A stretch of DNA of 64,000 nt from Torpedo marmorata (lineage: Eukaryota): the NCBI GenBank assembly GCA_977017645.1, contig OZ360245.1, positions 21,638,001 to 21,702,000 of the forward strand. Direction: 5' to 3'. The position numbers were made by a program, and so were the translations under genes. Position 1 is the first letter of the stretch; every line of letters begins with the position of its first letter. Positions 13,034-26,140 of this stretch are shown here, one piece after another. Under the pieces are notes generated by a model. The model searched no databases. It was not told the origin of the DNA and saw only the letters and a list, made by a program, of their open reading frames with translations.

Positions 13034-14868
13034 CCGTATATTTCGGCGTATAAGTTGACTCGCGGATAAGTCGACCCCCCTTTTTCAGCCTCATTTTAAT
13101 GGTTTTATTGTATATCCGGCGTATAAGTCGACCCCCAAAAATCGCGATGCCTGAGATGCTGAGCGTCGACCGGCGTATAAGCCGACCCCCAAAAATCGCG
13201 ATGATTGAGCTGCTGGGCATTGACTGGCGTATAGGTCGACCCACAACGATCGCGCTGATTGAGCTGCTGGGCGTTGGCTGGAGGTGATTGTTATCATGGA
13301 GGCTCAATTGAAATGACAAAAGTATGAGGCGAGTTTTAAATTAAAAGTGATAGAAATGGCCAAGAAAACCAACAACTGTGCTCCTGCAAGAAAATTTGAT
13401 ATATATGAGAAGTTGGTAAGAGATTGGAGGAAGAAAGAAGATACTTTAAGAAAAATACCAAAAAGGCAATGTTCGATGAGAAGAGGAATCACTCGTTGGC
13501 CAGAGTTGGAAAATCACGTCGCAGCATGGGTACGTAAACAGAGGCAAGATTGCTACATAGTCACCCGAAATAAAATAAGAACATTTGCACTGAAGTGGGC
13601 AAAGTCGCACCCAGAACTCAGTAATGATTTTGAAGCTACAGTAGGCTGGTGCAACCGTTTCATGAACAGGAAAAATCTGGTATTACGACAAAAAACAAAA
13701 ATTGCTCAGAAACTACCAAAAGATCTTGATCATAAAGTTGTAAGTTTTCACCAGTTTATTTTACGTAACCGGCAGAAACACAAGTTTGCATTGGCAAATA
13801 TTGGAAACATGGACGAAACCCCCATGAATTTTGACATGATAAGCAATAGAACAGTGGAATGGAAAGGTGTGAAAACTGTGCAAACCAGGACTACAGGCCA
13901 TGAAAGGACCAGGTGTACCGTGGTGTTATTGTGCATGGCCGACGGGACAAAGTTAAGACCCATGGTAATCTTCAAACGTAAATTTAAACCTAAAATAAAA
14001 TTCCCTGCGGGTATTTTTGTACATTTTCATGAAAAAGGATGGATGGATGAAAATGGTGTAAAACTATGGATGGACAATGTGTGGAGCAGGCGGCCAGGCG
14101 GTTTACGCAAGGAACGGAGTTTGCTGATCTGGGATATGTTTTGTAGCCACTTAACTGAGAACACTAAAAGTAGATTAGCACAACATAATACTTACATGGC
14201 GGTTATCCCAGGTGGTTTGTCGTCTATATTGCAATCTCTCGATGTCTGCTTGAACAAGCCATTCAAATACCATGTGCGTGAAGAGTGGAATACATGGATG
14301 TCGAGTGCAGAAAAATCATTTACAAAAGGCGGGGCAATGCGTGCTGCATCGCTTGATGTGCTGTGTGACTTCGTGCTCAAGGCATGGGACAAAGTGAAAG
14401 TAGAGACTGTAATAAAATCGTTTAAAAAGTGCAGTATCTCTTGTGCAATTGATGGTACGGAAGATGATTTATTGTGGGACACTGACGACGAAGTTGAAGC
14501 CGCCTCATCAGATACAGACTGGGACCCGTACGATGACTGTTTAAACAGTAAGACCCCGGATGTGCTTGCTGAGATCTTTGCCTCAGACGATGATAGCGAA
14601 AGTGATTTTGAAGGGTTCTAAATGTCTTGTTGTTTTCAATAAAAATGTCAATGAAAATTTGTTGCAGTCGGGTTTTTTTTTGGTTTTTCAAGGGTCGACT
14701 TATACGCCGAATCGTGTTTTCAAGGGTCGACTTATACGCCGAATCGGCGTGGAGTGGTTTTTGAGCTGATTTTAAGGTCTCAAAAGTATATCCGGCGTAT
14801 AAATCGACCCCGTTTTTTGAGAGATTTTTGAGGGTTTCAAGACTCGACTTATACGCCGAAATATACGG
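13034..14868 (+). mobile_element. Full-length pogo-superfamily (Passer/POGK-like, DD35D) DNA transposon
   Basis: TIRs CCGTATATTTCGGCGTATAAGT at both ends, TA TSD, and repeated subterminal GGCGTATAAGTCGACCC motifs. Confidence 0.95.
13296..14621 (+). CDS. pogo transposase (BrkDBD-like + HTH CENP-B + DDE_1) with one in-frame TGA at codon 7
   Basis: ATG at 13296, TGA at 13314-13316, then open to 14621. Catalytic NMDETP / WDMF / QSLDV with 35 residues between D2 and D3; acidic tail. Confidence 0.85.
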
Positions 14869-15712
14869 TAATTCTATCTATTGTATTTGTCTAGCTTGGC
14901 AAATTCAAAATTACATTATAATCACACAATAAATTTCTACGATTTCAGAGCAATTGAGTCCTTGCATCGAATTTTATTACGGTAAATAACATTTATTTAC
15001 CAGTTTTATTGTAATGACTGCTTTATATAGGAGCAAAGGAATCTTGAGCAGACAAGAAATTGCTGGAGAAAAGTAGCATATCAGAGAGCATCATGGGTAG
15101 AAATGGACAGTCAATTGACCGACCATTTCTATCCATGGATGCTGTCTGACCTGCTGAGTTCCTGCAGCAATCTTTGTCAGCTCTCCAAGTTAAATTGGGA
15201 TAGGACTGTGGGGAGATCATTTTGAAGTTACAGATTTTCTTATTTGTATCCTTTGCCACTGTAAATTGCTTGGTCAACATTTATAATAGAAACTGATGCT
15301 TCTTTTAGCATTCCACTGTTGGAAAAGTACAATTACAGAATGACACATCTTTAATAGGCAATTTCCATTATACATATGCAAGAAACGAAGGCAGACCTAT
15401 TTTTAATCGTAGATAGATAGTTATTAATATTCTGACTTAAGTCATACAATTAGGAGTTTAAGACGTTACACTTCAGCATACAAATTAGGCTGACTGAGCA
15501 CATTCTTCTTTGTTAGGCTTTAAATAAGTGTCACTTCAACCTGTTCAGGTAGATGGATCTAGTTCAAAACCTGTTCTGGCTGAGATCCTCCTTTAATGCC
15601 ACCACAAGCAGGTTAACTAACTATTCATCTCATTTGTACCTCACGCAAAATTATGCCCTTGCTATTTTTGACAAAATGATCTAGTGGAAATCCCTTTGAA
15701 ATCAAGACTTAC

Positions 15713-15776
15713 CTTCGGAAAGAGAGAAGCCATTTCAGTGACAGCAGAGTGAATCTTTTCAGAACATGGCACAAAA
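15713..15776 (-). CDS. GIT1: GIT1 coding exon: FVPCSEKIHSAVTEMASLFPK
   Basis: Conserved GIT1_C sequence. Acceptor acag, donor gtaagt; 64 nt. Confidence 0.95.
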
Positions 15777-16319
15777 CTGTTAATGAAATACACAATGGAT
15801 TGAGATTCATGCACTGACCTTTACTTGCACAAGTTGCAGAGCAACATTTTTCTTCAGTTCATTTAGGTTTTTGCATTAACACAGATATAGGGGTCTCAAA
15901 ACGAGACCTTAGGAAGCAAAATATATACTTGGAGAAAGGCAAGAGAAAATCTGGAGAGGATGAGCAAACCAAAGACACATTCAGAGGGAGAAGATACTGG
16001 GAATTTTTAGCAGGTAAATAGTATTTGTGAAGAGAGAAAAAAATATTTCAGATTGATGATCTTTTAATCAGGAAGCTCATGGCCTGAGACTTAACTGTTT
16101 CCCTCTTTGACCCATATATTATTTTCAGCAATTTGTTTTGATTTTAGAATGTCAGCATCTGCAGTTAACTTCATGCTCTTAGTCGGAGATGGGTTTGGTA
16201 ATGGCTTTTAAAATCTGGGAAAAAATATAGTGAACTGAAAAAATAGGTCTGCAGTCTGAGACTGATGATTACTCAATCAATGGCAGTGTGGAGTTCATAC
16301 AAATATGTCAGAGTAGAGT

Positions 16320-16880
16320 CAGAGTTGTACAGCACAGAAATGGGCCTTTTTTCCACTAATCTCAAGCATCTGGATTAGGTCCATATTCTTCTGTGCCTTG
16401 TCCATTTAAGCGTCTCTCTTAAATGTAGCAATTGGCAGTGTTTCAGGTATCAACCCACCATTCCCTTCAAATCCCCTTTAAAACTCCTTCCTCTAACCTG
16501 AACCAATGCCCTCTTGTTTTTAATACCATTATCAGGGGGAAAAGTTGACCACTTACCCTTTCTATGCCTCTTATTTACTTTTATCAACTCACCCCTCAGC
16601 ATCCTTCACTCCAGGGAAAAGAAACCCAGCAGATCCACTCTCTGTCCAAATCTAAAATTCCCCAATCCAGGCATCAATCATCCTCGTGAATATCTTCTAC
16701 GCTCTCTCCAGTGCACTATTGTGTAGTAACCAGAACGGTACACAATACTCCAAGTGCAGTCTAACTTAAGTTCTGTCAAACATTCCAATTTTTTATATTC
16801 TATTCCTGACCCATGAAGGCAAGCATACTATATGCCTTGTTCATCACTCTATCTACCTGTTTTGCCACTTTCAGGAAAGT
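16320..16880 (-). mobile_element. Degenerate CR1 3' fragment
   Basis: Reverse translation gives LKVAKQVDRVMNKAYSMLAF and RLHLEYCV, plus the CR1 tail. Confidence 0.75.
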
Positions 16881-17199
16881 GTCAGAAAAGTACATAGATG
16901 GAAAGGAGAAGTATATCGTAGTGCAAACCAAGGGAAGGTATGAGGGAAAAATGTTGGCATCCAGGAAGTCAGAAAAATGTGGAGAAAATGGAGAGGGGTT
17001 GGGAATGTAGTGTGCAAAGGAACTGAAGCTACTTGTAGAATGAGGCTGGAAGGGCAACCAGGAGATTATTACAGAAGCTAAACATCAAGTTGAATAAAGG
17101 CTGAAACATTGAAGAACACTAGCTTAGTGTAACAGTGAAATAAATGTCAGAGAAAGCTTGAGATCTAGCAGCTCCACGTTTCCTGACCTCACCTTGCAT

Positions 17200-17850
17200 A
17201 TGAAAGCCTTTTTAATATGTCATCTCCACCTCCTCCTACAATGCTTCCAGAAAGGATTTTATTCTGCTCTCCCAACTTCTTGAGTCCCAATGTATCTGTT
17301 ATGTTGACAACTTCCACATTAGTGCTTCCGAGATGTCTTCCTTTTCTAAACATAGTTGACAGGGCTTTTTAACTGCATGTTTCAGTTCCTACACTTTCCG
17401 CTCTCACCCAGAGCAAGAACACGCTTGCCCTTGTCCCACACCTGCCTCCACATTCAACACATCATTCTTTGTCATTCCCGCCACCTTCATCGAGATGCTG
17501 CTTCCATCAGAAACATCTACCCCTTCCCTGGTTTATTCTTCTATATCTACCAATGCCCACTTTCCTTCCCGTGGCATCTTTCCCTGGAAATTCTGCCTTA
17601 TTGCCTCTTCCCCTCCCACCATTCGCAGGTCTGAATACTCCATCCAGGTGAAGCACCAATTCACGTCATCTTCCCATTCTATGCGATGCACTTATGCTCA
17701 TGTGGTGGTTTACATTGAGCGACTCTCTGCTCTTCCCCTCTTTTTGCAACTTTAAATAACTTTGTTTTCTTATCCTGATGAAACACTAACTCAGTTTCTC
17801 TCTCTGCTGATGCTGTGTGACCTGCTGAGTATTTTCATCATTGTTTTTTT
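17200..17850 (+). mobile_element. Degenerate Penelope-like fragment
   Basis: Similar to the 18.1-19.4 kb element (HIQHII..HL.RD; QVK..FT). Ends with tgacctgctgagtattttc. Confidence 0.65.
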
Positions 17851-18098
17851 TCCAGCCTAAATATGGCATTGTTTTTGGAATCATGGGTAGAGTCATGTCA
17901 GTAGTGACAACAGCAAATAGGATCACTTTCGATGGCAGCATTAAACTCGGTTTTCTGTTAATTTGTTAATTTGAACCTCATGGTTTCTGATGATTTTAGG
18001 AATCAACGTCTTACAATATTAGGACAAGGACAGCACAGAGGCCAGAGGTTGCCATTCAACCTGAAAACACTCGAGGAAATAGGCACATGATTTGTCAG

Positions 18099-19412
18099 TA
18101 AAAAACACAAATGCTGGAGAAACTCAGCAGGTCAAACAGTGTCTTTTATGTAGCAAAGGTAGAAATACATAATCGACGTTTCGGACTTGAGCCCTTCATC
18201 AAAGTAAGAGAAAATGCCGGCAGGCGTCCGAACAAAGGAGTGAGGGGGGAAGGGGGATGGCAAAGGCAGGAGATGATAGGTGGAGAAAGGAGGGAGGGGA
18301 CAGCAGCAAAGAGGGGGAGGAGGGATGGCTTGGTAGCTGGAGAAAAACAGGAAGGACAGGTGAGGGGGGAGGGGAAGGGAACGACAAGCAGGTTTAGTGG
18401 AAAGCAGAAAAGTCAATGTTAATGCCATCTGGCTGGAGAGTGCCGAGACGGAATATGAGATGTTGTTCCTCTAATTTGCGGGTAGTCTGGGTGGGATAGT
18501 ACATGAGGCCATGGACAGACATGTGAGTGTGGGAGTGTGACCCGGAATTGAAATGGTTGGATACTGGGAGGTCGCTGTTGTTGCGGACGGAGAGGAGGTG
18601 CTCAGCAAAGCGGTCTCCCAATCTACGACCGGTCTCTCCAATGTATAGAAAGCCACAAAGGGAGCACCGGATGCAGTAAATAAGTTCTCTGGATGTACAA
18701 GTGAAGTGTAGTTTCACTTGGAAGGCCTGTTTGGGGCCCTGGACCGTGGTGAGGGGGGAGGTGTGGGCGCAGGTGTTGCATCTCCTGCGGGCACAGGGGA
18801 AGGTTCCGGGGGTGCGATGGGTGGGGAGGGATGAGTGCACGAGTGAATCGCGGAGGGAGCGGTCCCTACGGAAGGCCGAGAGGGGAGGAGAAGGAAAAAT
18901 GTGTCTGGTGGTGGGATCCTGTAGTAAGTGCCGGAAATTCCGGCGGATAATGTGTTGGATGCGGAGGCTGGTGGGGTGGTAGGTGAGGATGAGGGGGATT
19001 CTATGTTTGTTGCGTCTGGGGGCAGAGGGGGCCAGAGCAGATGAACGGGAAATGGAGGAGATGCGGGTGAGGGTTGAGTTGATGGTGGTGGAGGGGAAGC
19101 CACGTTTGTGGAAAAAGGCAGACATTTCAGAAGATCTGGAGTGGAACTCCTCATCTTGGGAACAGATGCGGCGGAGGCGGAGAAATTGAGAGAAGGGGAT
19201 GGAGTCCTTGCAGGGGACAGGGTGTGAGAATGTGTAGTCGATAGTTGTGGGAGTTGGAGTGTTTGTAGTAAATGTCGGTGGAAAGCTTGTCTCCCGAGAT
19301 GGAGACAGAGAGATCCAGGAAGGGGAGAGTGTTATCGGAGATGGACCTGCTGAGTTTCTCCAGCATTTGTGTTTTTTACTTCAACCACGGTGTCTACAGA
19401 TTTTCGTGTTTT
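18099..19412 (-). mobile_element. Penelope-like retroelement (C-terminal RT/thumb + GIY-YIG endonuclease) with inverted terminal segment
   Basis: ORF 18394..19125 contains LIYCIRC..C..LYIGETGRRL..RFAEH (GIY-YIG). Inverted 36-bp ends (gtaaaaaacacaaatgctggagaaactcagcaggtc); 14-bp TSD acatgatttgtcag. Confidence 0.92.
18168..18210 (-). ncRNA. Minimal hammerhead ribozyme motif in the Penelope pLTR
   Basis: Minus strand reads uUGAUGA a GGGC-UCAA-GUCC GAAA CG UC: hammerhead core with C3U, a 4-bp stem II and a palindromic minimal stem III, as is typical of Penelope-like elements. Confidence 0.7.
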
Positions 19413-19711
19413 ACATGATTTGTCAGGTTTGATCACAGTCAGTTCAATCCACTGCCTTTGAGATAGTTAGAGGCATTATGGTGAAGAACAAAAGAAATAA
19501 GGTGAAAGGATTCAAGGGAATTGAAAGGCACAATTTGCAAAAAGTTGTGCAGAAGACAGTTGTAATAAGAAACTGTTTGATATCATTAGTTGCATAACGT
19601 TAAATGTTTCATGGTAATCGTAACAAAGGCTGTTTAAGTTACTGCATTAAACACGACATGGCATAGAGAAAAATTCAGTTATTCAAACACTGTGCTCCAC
19701 CTGTTGGACTA

Positions 19712-20247
19712 CCGTATTTTCGCGTGTTATATGCGTTTTTTTTTTACAAACCAGGTACCCCCCCCCCCGTTATACGAGAATATTTTTACATGTTGAAACA
19801 ACGTGCACAATTTAAATCATGACAGAATTAAATGCTGCTTAACTGTGAAGCCTGTCTTCGATCTATTTAATTGATTCCTCTCCAAAGCTTGTTAATGTGT
19901 TGCAGGAGGATATCATCTATATAAAGGGCAATTAACACCTCTGAAGCCTGTCTTCGATCTATTTAATTGATTCCTCTCCAAAGCTTGTTAATATAATGGC
20001 TGATTAACACCTCTGGGGGAGGTTGAATGGGTGTAAATAGCAGGAGATTAACTGTGGCAGATACTGGAACTATGGAATGTGTTTTGTCTCATGTCCCAAT
20101 TAAATGCAAATTGCTTTTGTCAGTCAGAATTTAGAATACTACACCCGCGTGGTATATGCGTGTGCGCGCTATGCAAAAATATTTTTACACAATTTATGAT
20201 TTTCGGCGCGTTATATGTGTGTGCGCATTATATGAGTGAAAATACGG
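19712..20247. mobile_element. pogo-type MITE
   Basis: TIRs CCGTATTTTC.C...ATA / TAT..GTGAAAATACGG, TA TSD, and an internal ~50-bp direct duplication. Confidence 0.8.
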
Positions 20248-20352
20248 TACTTACTTATCTGGTAACTAGTACAATCTAATAGTTTAACACCTCCTTTGTG
20301 GGTGACAATAACAAACATAATTCATGTGTATTTAAGCAATGTCCATACGAAC

Positions 20353-20526
20353 CTTTCATGCTTACACTCCTGTGCTGCTCGAAGCAGCTCTTGGATATTT
20401 TTGGTGACCTGCTCTGTTTTAAGGATTACATCCTCTGTACTGGGGAGGCTTGGATCTAGCTCATCATCGTGCTCATCAAACTCTAGATGAAGGTCATCAT
20501 CTCTGCTCATTTTCCCATCAGCAATA
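20353..20526 (-). CDS. GIT1: GIT1 coding exon: IADGKMSR...LPSTEDVILKTEQVTKNIQELLRAAQECKHE(S)
   Basis: Start of the GIT1 C-terminal paxillin-binding domain. Acceptor atag, donor gttcgt; 174 nt. Confidence 0.93.
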
Positions 20527-22742
20527 CTATGATGCAAAAACAAAGTGAACATAAATACAGGATAACAGCCCAGCAACCAAAATAGTGTGTGCAGTGAGTT
20601 TTCAGTTCATTGCTAGGTGCATAGAGAAACCAAATACCTCAGTGTGTTATTCGGCTAACTAGACTCTGGATTCAGATAATACCACAAATGACAATGAATT
20701 GCTTGAAGCTCAAAATGTCAATACTGCAGTGTACAACAGTTGTGTCTGAAAGCTATTGGGTGAGAAAATTTGTCAATCACTAATTACCTAAGACTTCAGT
20801 TCAACTTTATAAAGCTTCAAAAGTGTGATTTTGCACTGCCAACTTTAGACCTCCATCAGTCATGATCTAGTGGATGTTACAATTTCCAGAAAATAATTAC
20901 TATACATTCTTATAATTGTTTACCAAATCATTTTACAGTTCAGTAACACAGCAGCACTTACTGCATAATGGAATTTATGACAAGGTTTGTAACACGAGTG
21001 CTTGATTACAGAGGCAATTATATCAACAAGCAAGAACTAATGTAAAAAAAATACTTGAAATAATTAGATCTTGAGATAATAGTCTGGATGTTTGGATGAC
21101 TGGCAGGTTGCTGAGCTTGCTGATTACATCAGTGGGAACACACTGTCTCTTCCAGTAGGCTCAAGGGCACAATCTTTCAACAGGCACTCACCTGATCGGT
21201 GAGGCTCTGCGCAGTATCTTCGTGACAGTTAATGCTCAATACTGCTCCCAAATGACTTTGACAGTCAGTGATGTCTTGCCTCCAGGCTCAGGAGCATTTG
21301 GGGATTAAAAGCCATTGTTTTATACTGCTCTGCAGTATAACTGGCCAACCAATCCTGAAGTCAAAGCTGCAGTCAATGTCTCTCATTTGTCACCATCTGT
21401 TTGCTTCTTGATGTAATATAATTATGCACAAAATGGACTGCCAGTGGCCATTAAAGTCCCCACCATAGAACAGGCTCAGAAATGTAAAGGTTACTCTAGG
21501 AGAAGCATGAACGTGTTGGGAAATAACAAATCCGTAAAACCTCCATGAACCCAAATCTATTTTCATTGCCCCTTTGTATTCAGCCACTGACTGACTAAAG
21601 CCTTGCAGCTAACCACTGGACACATTTGCTTAAGCAAGGGTGTGAATTTTAATACTAGATACTAAGCCCAGGACTGCCTGGGCTAGTAGCCAGATTACAT
21701 AGCTGAGCCTGCTGGCATTTTGCAGTCTAGGAGAGCAGGGAGATAGTGGCTGATTCAACAGAAAGCCAATTGCAAGATAAACAAATGCGCACCCTTCCCA
21801 GTTTTGACAGTCACTAAAAAAGGTCATTAGAAGGTCTGGCCGTAAGAGTTCGCTAGAGCACAATTAGACACGGCCCGAGTGGAAAATAGCTGACGAAGGA
21901 CACTGCGTTTATGAGACAAAGATTTTTTTTTTGAATGATATAAAGAACATTTTGGTAAAAGTCCAAAGTAAAAAGGCAATATAAATCTGATTCAAAGATA
22001 GGCCTACATTACCGTTGCTGATCATAGCAACCAACTTGGCCTAGGTCTGAAAAGCTCAAATGGCCTTCTCATGAAAAAATTAGAGAGTAATCCAGGTAAA
22101 AATTTCTGTTTTGTTTGCTATTAATTGAATCAGTGTGTACTCATGCAATTGTCCAGATTGCAGTTCATTTCACTGTCAGCATGGCCTCTTTTACTACCTA
22201 GGCTTGCATGCAAAACGTGACTGGCACCGATAGATAATGTTGTAGTTTGGGATAAAACTTTTGCATGAGAAAATTGGAGAGTTAAAAGCAGATGGCGTGT
22301 TCCATCTTCAAAAACTAGACATATGGAAATTAATTTTAATGTTTTTATACATGCACAAGGCTTTAGCAATCTGACAGAAACTGAGCATCTGATTTTTCTT
22401 CCACAGTGATTCAGAACATTGCTGATGACCTTTCTATTCCTCTTTTGTGATTTTCCATTATGCAGAATTGAACTCACACTTACTGCACACACCTTCCCTT
22501 CAATGTTTCAAAGCAGCATAACTAGGCACATCTTCATATGATGTACACTGTACATACGAATTACAATTGGATGCTTACATAATTGCAATACAACAACATT
22601 ACTTGCAGAGATAGCATGTGAGTGGAAAAGAAGAACGATATAACAAAATCTAAAGAATGACATCTTGCAGAATTTTCCCTTGTTGAGTATCACGACACAC
22701 ATTGATTCAAAGAGTCATAATCAACAATCAAGCTCTTCTCAC

Positions 22743-22819
22743 CTTGCTGGCAGTTCGATGGCCTGGGTATTGTCATAATCACTGTCTGTTCCACTGCCAC
22801 GTTTGTCTAATTTGGACAC
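22743..22819 (-). CDS. GIT1: GIT1 coding exon: VSKLDKRGSGTDSDYDNTQAIELPA(S)
   Basis: Matches the GSGxDSDY(E/D)NTQ motif. Acceptor ttgcag, donor gtgag; 77 nt. Confidence 0.92.
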
Positions 22820-25800
22820 CTGCAAGGCAAAGCAAAACTTGAGCACAAGGCCACTTTAAGATACAGGAACATCACTGCCAAACTGTTCATAAGTAATTAT
22901 TATAAAAACAGTGCAGGCAAAACAATAGGAGAGAATATTTCAATTTCACACAAGAAACAGAAGCTTTGGTTATTACAATGCAAAAAAAAAATCTATTTTT
23001 CAGCAAATGAAATTTGGTTTTACTATATACTGTGTTATGGTCATTAGTATTAAGCATCAAATAATTATTTAGTCTATTAATGCACAAAGTGACAAGGAAA
23101 CAGGGTGGTAGTTGGGGTACTGTTGTTGCAGTTCCTTTGCCACTTTTTATTATTTACTCAGTTTCAAAAAGAGATAATTTTCAATATGGAATTAGTTTTC
23201 ATTAATTGTTTGGTACAAATTTACCAGTTGTATTGCCAATGTTTCACAGAATAGATTCCACAATAGTGCGGACCTGACAGAGTGTTGTGTTTAGAAATAT
23301 TGCTGTGAAAAACTGGACCAGATTTGATTTCACAACATTCCTTAATTATATTTCTCGATGGCTGTTTGTACTGCATCAGTGCTCACTCAGTAAGAATACC
23401 CCTCAATATTTGTGGTTCGAGGATTAACAGTTCTGAAATGCACAACTTTAAGCTCTCTAATGTTCTGAATCTCAATTTTTTCAGTTAGATCTTTTTGTGA
23501 TATATATTTTGAAGAATAATAGAGATGTTTTCCATTTTTTTTTATTTTTTATATTCCTTACACCCAGAACCAGTAGCTATGGTTTTAATGGGAAAGGGAA
23601 AAGGTACAAAAAATGCATGCACCCTTCTGAATCTTTCTTTAAAAATACTTACACGATGGCAGAAGGCTCCAGGACATCACTGTTTTCCTGTTTCAAAGGC
23701 ATTTTTTATACTATATAACTGCTGGTATACAGGTTTGAACAATTTCGGTTTTTCTTTATACTGAATTTTCCAAACAAATTTAAGAAAAATGCAGATTTCA
23801 GATTAAGGTAATATGAAAGACGGTAAACTAGAGCAAAATTTAACTGAAAAGAAGTCCTTTCATCCTCACTACTGCAGTTTAATAGCAATTGTTGCATAAA
23901 AATACAAAATCTGAAAGCTACAATATTTTTTAAATCTTATTTTTTGACATTTGACTTTGGATGCTGTGAATGGGAGACACAGGAGGCGGCTGCTTCCATG
24001 AATAATGTCCATGGATTTCTCCTAAAACGGTCCACATATAAAGCTAATTAATGGACCAAATACAAATAAAAGATTTTATATTAGCATGGTTGAATTAAAA
24101 GGTTCTGGGAGATGGCTTCCAAGTAACCTAATCATGTTTGATGCCAAATCACTTTTGGTATTAAACAATTTTTGGTACTAAAAAGCATCCTTGCCTTTGA
24201 AACAAAAATTGTCAGTTTTCTGGAATGATTCAAAACTTGCTCACATAAGTTTTCAACTTGCTATATTTAAATAATGAGACTTCATTAAATTAATATCTAG
24301 GGGTCTATGAATATACCAATTACACTAACTATATTGGCATACGGGTTAGTACTTTTATTCTGAAAGGTTGTCATCTTTGAACAAATTTAAAATGAAACAC
24401 AAAAAACTGAATAGATCTCATCGTATACTCATTGGTGCAATATCTAAATAGAATACTACAAGAATGGATAAAGGGCAAGTTACTTCGACAGTTCAATATA
24501 GTAAAATCTCTGATTCAAGAGAATCTTACAAGATTAACCTGAACAGCTGCAATCATCTTCAATTATGCATTACATCCTCTCAATGCAGCTTTCTACTTCT
24601 AAAGATGTTCAATATTAGAAACTTTGATTGCAATGCTCTCATTTATAAAAAAATACTCAGATTAAAGTTCTTAATTTAACCCTTTGAGGACGACATTAGC
24701 TTCTGCATCAGTTAATAAAAATGTTAAGTTTTTACTGGCGACATATTCTGCTGCACTTTGTCTTATAGTGGAATTTACAATAAATCACTAAGAAAGAACA
24801 AAACTGTGTTTGATCATTTCAGAATGTACGAAGTTCTCAGAGGGTTAACAACTTCAGGATGCAAACAATTCTGCAATATTTCAGAAAATCTACTAATATT
24901 TTGACTCAGTTTTTGCAAATCTAAAATTTGATCTGTGCAGTTGAGGAAATAACTGCTAGTAATAATTGCTGTTAAATCATTTGAAATATTGAGGGTCAAA
25001 ATTAATGGGCAACAAAAATTAAGCTCCGGTCATATTGAAAAGCATTTTTGAATTGAAAGATGTTTAGTTTTTGGCAAACATGAGTTTTTGAATATTTTCC
25101 CCATCAACAGTTTAAGCCACTGCTGATTTTTCTTGCAAAGTTACCATTGTTCCCCAGCCCCATAAAGGTTATTTTGTACATTAAGACCATAAAAAACAGA
25201 TGTTCAAGTTTTATAATGCTTTAGTTAATAGTTTCCATACATGGGATTAAAACATAATACAATTTATTACCTACTTTAATTTAAATTTACAAAACCTGTG
25301 TCTCAATATAATTTTAAAATGAATCAAGTAAAGCAGCATTCAAAGAGTTAATAAAGAAACACAGGGGTTATCATCAGGGTAACCCAAGAAAATCAGAACA
25401 CTTGAATGGCAAATGGACTTGCTTGACAAATTATAGCCACTGAAAGCCCTTGTACTATTCAAGAAGGATGTTAAAAATGTCGAAAGGGAAGCAATAGTTA
25501 GACTGGAAGCAATGGTGGTAATAGCTCAGTAACAGGGGCTCATCTTTTGGAATGCCTCACTTACAAACCATACATTTATGAAAGTTTAGTCTGTTCTTTG
25601 CCCATCTTGTTTCATTGTGAAGTTTTGGTAAGTCAGTTGGAACAAATGCTCATTTCCCCTTGACATAATAGCACTTTTACCAGTTTTACTTTTCAAACCT
25701 TTACAAAAAGCTTAAAAATTTCATACACCGAGAAAGCAAATGGGTATTAAAAACAAAACTAATTTCCATAGTTGGCTACGAAATTATTCATAAAATTTCT

Positions 25801-25944
25801 GAAGCAGATTCTATATTTTACTATTTTCAGGTAATAAAATAAAGTGACATGCAGATTAATTACGATTTTTATTTATTCAAGATGTAGAAACCAATGCTTG
25901 ACCTTCTCTAACAACCCTCAAGAACACGATTTTAAATTTTTTTA

Positions 25945-26140
25945 AGACATACAGAACAGTAACAGGCCATTTCAGCCCACGAGCCCGTGTTGCCTAATTA
26001 CACTCAATTAACTAACAACCCCTGGTACATTTCGAATGGTGGGAGGAAACCAGAGGTAACCCATGCAGACAGCGCGGGATTCGAAACCCAGTCCCGATTG
26101 CTGGTGCTGTAACAGCATTGCGCTAACCGCGTCGCCCCTA
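25945..26140 (-). mobile_element. tRNA-derived SINE (HE1-like)
   Basis: Reverse complement of the 3981 family. Confidence 0.85.

Noticed and set aside
13347-14621. Domesticated POGK/TIGD host gene
   Set aside because: It is flanked by intact TIRs and a TA TSD, has no KRAB exon, and carries an N-terminal stop, so it is a transposon copy.
23653-23718. Possible extra GIT1 cassette exon (strong gtaagt donor at 23652)
   Set aside because: Candidate acceptors give 35 nt (frameshift) or 66/69 nt with an in-frame TGA, and there is no GIT homology. It could only be a poison exon, and nothing supports that.
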